Of a stretch of DNA of 64,000 bases, positions 59,197-64,000 are shown piece after piece. The translations under genes were made by a program, and so were the position numbers. The stretch spans positions 3,520,001-3,584,000 of the forward strand of contig OY970342.1 in assembly GCA_963717505.1 (NCBI GenBank). The letters are read 5' to 3'. Position 1 is the first letter of the stretch, and each line of letters opens with the position of its first letter. The stretch comes from Candidatus Eiseniibacteriota bacterium. GTDB lineage: Bacteria; Eisenbacteria; RBG-16-71-46. The notes below the pieces were generated by a model. That model was not told the DNA's origin. It saw nothing but the letters and a program-made list of their open reading frames with translations, and did no database searches.

Positions 59197-60555
59197 GTGC
59201 GCTCCATAGATCCAACCACGGGCCAGATCCTTCGCGAATACCCTCCGCACGGAGAAGCGGAGATCGGCCGGCGCGTGGACCTAACGGCCAAAGCCTTCCC
59301 GCTCTGGCGCGACACGCCGGTCTCCGATCGCTCGACCGTCTTATCCGCGATCGCGGCCAGGCTGCGCTCCGAGCGCCAGAGCCTCGCCGACCTGATGACT
59401 GCGGAAATGGGCAAGCCCATCGCCCAGGCATTTTCGGAGGTCGACAAGTGCGCGACCACGTGCGAGCACTACGCAGAGCACGGGGCCCGTTACCTCGCAC
59501 CCGAGCCCGTCCAGACCGAAGCCTCACGGAGCCTGGTCCGCTGCGACCCGCTGGGCGTGATCCTCGCGATCATGCCGTGGAATTTCCCGCTTTGGCAGGT
59601 GTTTCGCGCCGCGGCACCCGCGCTCATGGCCGGGAACGTGGTCGTCCTCAAGCATGCCTCGAACGTCTCGGGCTGTGCGCTGGCGATCGAGGCCTTGTTC
59701 ACCGGCGCCGGCGCGCCGCCGGGCATCTTCGCAACGCTGCTGATCGACGCCGGCCGCGCCCAGGCGCTGATCGCGGATCTGCGAATTGCCGCTGTGACGA
59801 TCACCGGCAGTGAAGCCGCCGGGAAGTCGGTTGCCGCGAGGGCCGGACAGGCGCTCAAGAAGTGCGTGCTCGAGCTGGGCGGCTCGGACCCGTTCATCGT
59901 GCTCGCAGACGCCGACCTCGACGCGGCCGCCCGGCACGCCGCCGAGGCGCGGTTGATCAACAACGGGCAGAGCTGCATCGCCGCCAAGCGGTTCATCGTC
60001 GAATCCGGCATCGCGGACCGGTTCGAGGCCGCCTTCACGCAACACATGAAGGACACCCGAGTGGGCGATCCGCGCGAGCCAGGCACCCAGCTCGGACCTC
60101 TCGCCCGCGCCGACCTGCGCGACGACCTGCACGACCAGGTCCACCGCACTCTGGCCGCGGGCGCGCACCTCGCCACCGGGGGCCATGCCCTCGACCGACG
60201 GGGGTTCTTCTACGCCCCCACCGTGATCACCAGCGTCGAGCCGGGCATGGCGGCGTTCGACGAAGAGACCTTCGGTCCGGTCGCGGCGGTGACCCGTGCG
60301 CGCGACGCCGACCACGCCATCGCCCTGGCCAACGGATCACGCTACGGCCTGGGCGCCAGCCTGTGGACCGGCGACCTCGATCGCGCCGGTCGTTTGGCGG
60401 AGCGCCTCGAGGTTGGTTCGGTGTTCGTCAACGGCATCGTGCGTTCGGACCCTCGCCTGCCGTTCGGCGGTATCAAGCACTCGGGCCATGGGCGCGAGCT
60501 GGGGCAGGCGGGCATCCGCGAGTTCGTGAACCTCAAGACGGTCTGGATCGCCTGA
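59197..60555 (+). CDS. NAD(P)-dependent succinate-semialdehyde dehydrogenase (Sad/GabD-like ALDH)
   Basis: EMGKP, IMPWNFP.WQV.R, LKHA, TGS..AG, LELGGSDP, NNGQSCIAAKRF, EETFGPV, PFGG.K.SG.GRELG. Confidence 0.92.
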   Translation: MRSIDPTTGQILREYPPHGEAEIGRRVDLTAKAFPLWRDTPVSDRSTVLSAIAARLRSERQSLADLMTAEMGKPIAQAFSEVDKCATTCEHYAEHGARYLAPEPVQTEASRSLVRCDPLGVILAIMPWNFPLWQVFRAAAPALMAGNVVVLKHASNVSGCALAIEALFTGAGAPPGIFATLLIDAGRAQALIADLRIAAVTITGSEAAGKSVAARAGQALKKCVLELGGSDPFIVLADADLDAAARHAAEARLINNGQSCIAAKRFIVESGIADRFEAAFTQHMKDTRVGDPREPGTQLGPLARADLRDDLHDQVHRTLAAGAHLATGGHALDRRGFFYAPTVITSVEPGMAAFDEETFGPVAAVTRARDADHAIALANGSRYGLGASLWTGDLDRAGRLAERLEVGSVFVNGIVRSDPRLPFGGIKHSGHGRELGQAGIREFVNLKTVWIA

Positions 60556-60788
60556 ACGACGGGCAGCTCACTCGCGCCCCCGACCCTCCGCCAGGCCTGG
60601 CCCAGCATTTGCAAGACCTGCTCGCTGCCCGTAAACTGAGCGGGCTTCCGTCGCAGTCCGCTGGTGTTCCTTGCCAATGGATTTGAGTTCGGGTTCAAGA
60701 TTCCGCCAGTGCCGTCGCCGGCGGATTTCTTGTGGCACATTCCGCGGAATCACTTGGAGTCGCCTATGAGGGGAACAGCTCAATAACG

Positions 60789-61619
60789 ATGACTCGCGTA
60801 CAGAAGCCGTTTTCGATCACTTGGTTCAGCATTCAGTCACTTGGGCAATACGCGCTATTGCTTATTGCCTTCAGGTTCCTACTGCCCACGGTATGGGACC
60901 GGCAGCTCGCAGCCGGCTGGGGCGCGTTCCTGCTCGCCTTCCTTGGCATGCACCTGTTCCTCTGCTTCTTCGAGTGGGCCTTTCATCGCTATGTCCTCCA
61001 TTCCATCACGGTCCCGTTGCTCACACGGTTCGCGAGAGGACACCGGAGTCACCACGGTCTGACGCCGATCCGCCTGCAGCCGGTGGTGGCGGGTTCGGAT
61101 CGGTGCGTGCTCAATCGCTACCCGATCACGGAAGACGAGCAGCACGTCGACGCCGCATTTCCTGTCTACTCGACCGCGTGCTTCTGGCTCCTCTTCAGTC
61201 CCTTGCTGATCGGAGTCCAGCTGCTTCTGCCCGGCATGCCCATCCTCCTCGGCGGGTACACGGCGATCACCTGGTCCATGGCCCTGTACGAGATCCTGCA
61301 CACCATCGAGCACCGGCCCTACGAATGGTGGAAGGTTGCGACCGAGCATCCGCGAGTCGGATTCGTGTGGCGCAAGCTGTATGGCTTTCACCACATGCAT
61401 CACGCCAATATCTCGTGCAATGAGGCGATCTCTGGATTCTTCGGCCTTCCGATCGCGGACTGGGTTTTCCGGACCTACCACCAACCCAGGGAACTCCTGC
61501 TCGAGGGACGCGTGGCAACCGCGAAAGACTTCGCGGTTCGACCTCCGCTGGGCGTGGTGCGATGGCTGGACCGCTGGGCCAGGAAGCGCGAGGCCCACAT
61601 TCGTCACGCGGAGCATTGA
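60789..61619 (+). CDS. Fatty acid hydroxylase/sterol desaturase superfamily membrane protein
   Basis: His boxes EWAFHRYVLH, HRSHH, YE.LH..EH, HHMHH; TM segments. Confidence 0.75.
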   Translation: MTRVQKPFSITWFSIQSLGQYALLLIAFRFLLPTVWDRQLAAGWGAFLLAFLGMHLFLCFFEWAFHRYVLHSITVPLLTRFARGHRSHHGLTPIRLQPVVAGSDRCVLNRYPITEDEQHVDAAFPVYSTACFWLLFSPLLIGVQLLLPGMPILLGGYTAITWSMALYEILHTIEHRPYEWWKVATEHPRVGFVWRKLYGFHHMHHANISCNEAISGFFGLPIADWVFRTYHQPRELLLEGRVATAKDFAVRPPLGVVRWLDRWARKREAHIRHAEH

Positions 61620-61695
61620 CGGTCGGCGTTGCCTTCGCCCACCGGGCTCGACGCCGCTTCAAATCACCGGAACTCATCTCATCAAGGAGACACCC

Positions 61696-62169
61696 ATGCG
61701 CCGCATGCTGATCCTATGCGCTGTCCTGCTGTTTGGCTGTGCCAAGTCGGAGCCACCCGCTTCGCAGTCCACTCCCGTTGGCGGAGAGGGCGGAATGGCG
61801 ACCATTTCGCTCGCCGACATTGCCGGGACGTGGGATGGGACCGTGACGGCCGCTGGCAGCGATACCGTGCTCACCCTCGTAGTGCTGACCGCTACCGATG
61901 GTGCGACGGGTTGGACGATGAAGGTGGCAAACGCCCAGACCCCCACGGTGTGGTCGGAAGCTCCCATACGAAGCGTGGCTGCTGAAGGCGACAGCGTGGT
62001 CGTCGAGTCGGCACCATTCCAGAGCGTCCTGCGCCCCGGACAGGAAGTCACGACCCATGCGGTCTATCGACTGGAGAACGGAACCCTCATGGGAACGATC
62101 CAGGCGACCTATCCCGCCAGTGGCGAAACGGTGACTTTGTACAGCGTGGCGACGCGACAGGTTCAGTAG
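61696..62169 (+). CDS. Hypothetical lipoprotein
   Basis: SD AAGGAG; MRRMLILCAVLLFGC lipobox; beta-rich body with 'AGTWDG'. Confidence 0.75.
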   Translation: MRRMLILCAVLLFGCAKSEPPASQSTPVGGEGGMATISLADIAGTWDGTVTAAGSDTVLTLVVLTATDGATGWTMKVANAQTPTVWSEAPIRSVAAEGDSVVVESAPFQSVLRPGQEVTTHAVYRLENGTLMGTIQATYPASGETVTLYSVATRQVQ

Positions 62170-62173
62170 CCGC

Positions 62174-64000
62174 CTACACCGACCACATCTCGGCTTCGAA
62201 CATCGCGTCGGGCACCCGGAAGCAGATCATCTCGTCGCCGGGCAGCGTTTCTCCCGTCTGCCCGCCGGTCGAGAGCCTGAGCAACATCTCGACCTCTTCC
62301 TCCGGCGCGAGCCCGAGCGAACCGAACGGAATCGCCAGCTCGACGATCTCGGCCACCCGGCAGGCAGCTCCGACCACCGGCGCCCCTTCCCCGCTTTCCA
62401 CGCGCCGCTCCCCCGCCGCGAGTCCGCGCACCACGGCTCGCGCCGGGCGCGGGGTCAGCACGTCCACCGCCAGGTCGAACTCCTCGCCCGGCGGCCCGCC
62501 GTTCAGGTCGAGCCGAACGTAGAGTCGTTCGAGGTCGAAGCCGACGAACAGGTCGCCGGTCACCCCGGTTCCGCGGTGCATGCTGGAGCCCCGGTCGGTC
62601 AGCGGGTAACGGCCGGCGCCATGCCACTCGTAGAACGTGGTCCGACGGCCATCGACCACCGGCCGAATCAACGCCACCGGCTGGGTTTGTCGCCCGCGCA
62701 CGCCGCGCGTGATCACCGGCACCATCAGCCAGCCGGGCGGCTCCTGGCCGATCCGCTCGTAGATCATCTGCAGTCGCTCGCGAAACAACCGGTCGAACAG
62801 GTGTTTGTCTTCGGTGTGATGATCGACGCCCAGCCACCAGAAGAGATCCGAGCCTTCGGCGGCGTACAGGAGATCCCAGGCCGCAGCCGGAGCTCGATCG
62901 CCGGCCCCGACCAATGCACGGCGCGTGCGCGCGAGCAGGTCCCAAGCGCGATTCTTCTCGGTATGTCCGACCCAGATGTGGAAGTCGGCGTCGATCCACG
63001 AGCCACTGTGCAGCTTGGCCAGCACCGGTGGCTGCGGATGGTCGACCAGCACTTCGCTCGGCGTGCGTGTGCGAATGTCGCCGGCGGCTTCGAGTGCGGT
63101 GTAGAGCGCGTCGAGGAACGGTGCGCCGTCGTCGACGTAGTGCTCCCAGCAGTTCTCGCCGTCCAGGATCACCGAGGCGACCGGCACGCCCGGCCCCGCG
63201 TGCTCGCGCGCAATGCGGCGCACGCGGGCGATGAAGTCGGCGACCGCGTCCTCGGCCCGCCAGTGCTGATAGACGAATCCGATCCGATCCGAAAGCTCGA
63301 GGTCGCGAAAGAAGATCGCGAGCGGTCCGGCGGCAGTCGCAATGCTCCACGGCTGGTAGAGTTCGCCGCGCGGCCCGCCCTGCCCGAGCGAGCGCCACAG
63401 CACCCGCTCGTCGCTTGCGATCCAGCGCATCCCGGCCCGCGCCGCCAGCTCGGCGGCTTCGGGGCTCACCGATCCTTCCGGCGGCCACATTCCGGCGGGT
63501 CGCTCACCAAAGGTCTGCTCGTGACGCGCGAGGGCCCGGCGAATCTGCTCGGCGGCGTCCTCGGGTGCCGCAAACGGTTCGGCCGGCAGCGGCAGGTCGG
63601 GTCGGGCGCGTCGGGCGCTCGCGACGTCGATCACCAGCGGCAGGATCGGGTGATGGTAGGGCGAGCAGGACAGCTCGATCTGCCCGGCCCGCGCGAGGCT
63701 CCGATAGGCCGGGAGCACTTCGGCGAGCAACCGCGCGTGCAGTGCGAGCAGCGCGGTTCGGTGGCCGGCGTCCAGTTCGGCCCCGGTGGCCAGCGCCGCC
63801 GCCGCTTCGGGCTCGCCGCGAAACACGGGGTCGAGCCACGCGAGCAGGAACCGCACGCGCAGGGCCTCGAGGTCGGCGTCGCCGAAGCGCTCGGTGCGGC
63901 CGCCGGCGCTCGCAGCGCGTCGGGCACGGTCACACAGCTTCCGATAAGCCGGCCAGGTCTCGAGCGCATGCCGCGGCGCCATGGTGCAGCGCCGAATCAG
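62174..64000 (-). CDS. Glycoside hydrolase family 57 (amylopullulanase-like), 5'-partial
   Basis: SPY.HPILPL, G.WPPEGSVS, FFRD..LSD.IGF.Y, ILDGENCWE.Y, GSWI, AEGSD.FWW; frame open to the window end. Confidence 0.92.
   Translation of the reverse strand: MIRRCTMAPRHALETWPAYRKLCDRARRAASAGGRTERFGDADLEALRVRFLLAWLDPVFRGEPEAAAALATGAELDAGHRTALLALHARLLAEVLPAYRSLARAGQIELSCSPYHHPILPLVIDVASARRARPDLPLPAEPFAAPEDAAEQIRRALARHEQTFGERPAGMWPPEGSVSPEAAELAARAGMRWIASDERVLWRSLGQGGPRGELYQPWSIATAAGPLAIFFRDLELSDRIGFVYQHWRAEDAVADFIARVRRIAREHAGPGVPVASVILDGENCWEHYVDDGAPFLDALYTALEAAGDIRTRTPSEVLVDHPQPPVLAKLHSGSWIDADFHIWVGHTEKNRAWDLLARTRRALVGAGDRAPAAAWDLLYAAEGSDLFWWLGVDHHTEDKHLFDRLFRERLQMIYERIGQEPPGWLMVPVITRGVRGRQTQPVALIRPVVDGRRTTFYEWHGAGRYPLTDRGSSMHRGTGVTGDLFVGFDLERLYVRLDLNGGPPGEEFDLAVDVLTPRPARAVVRGLAAGERRVESGEGAPVVGAACRVAEIVELAIPFGSLGLAPEEEVEMLLRLSTGGQTGETLPGDEMICFRVPDAMFEAEMWSV

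Noticed and set aside
60733-60748. Sigma54 promoter (TGGCAC)
   Set aside because: The -24 element is present but there is no TTGC at the required -12 spacing.

Overview
GC-rich bacterial chromosome segment, probably from a metagenome assembly. The lineage is inferred, not checked: an FCB-related diderm such as Ca. Eisenbacteria, given lptE/lpxR, T9SS-CTD-like C-termini and a WGxLKxxYR tail. The backbone is housekeeping: tRNA-Val, thrS (4 indels), infC-rpmI-rplT-pheST, zapB-like/zapA, 6S RNA, rny, a ymdB-folD fusion, xseAB-ispA, DUF212-dxs-nadK-recN-trpEGDCFB (no trpA), tRNA-Arg, and lptE-holA-leuS. Accessory genes are interspersed: four large secreted repeat proteins with T9SS-type-A/FlgD-like C-terminal domains, two GT-C-like membrane proteins, a wbpB/D/E-like sugar trio, a GGDEF protein, an NtrBC-like pair, SSADH, a fatty-acid hydroxylase-family gene and a partial GH57. 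Best novelty candidates: (1) a His/CxxC...RAPP putative arrest-peptide leader heading an ATPase-less metal-uptake operon; (2) a putative WGxxKxxYR C-terminal sorting signal alongside T9SS-like CTDs; (3) the YmdB-FolD fusion; (4) three related palindromes where trpA would be expected. No CRISPR array, integrase or transposase was seen. All calls come from reading the sequence; no searches were run.
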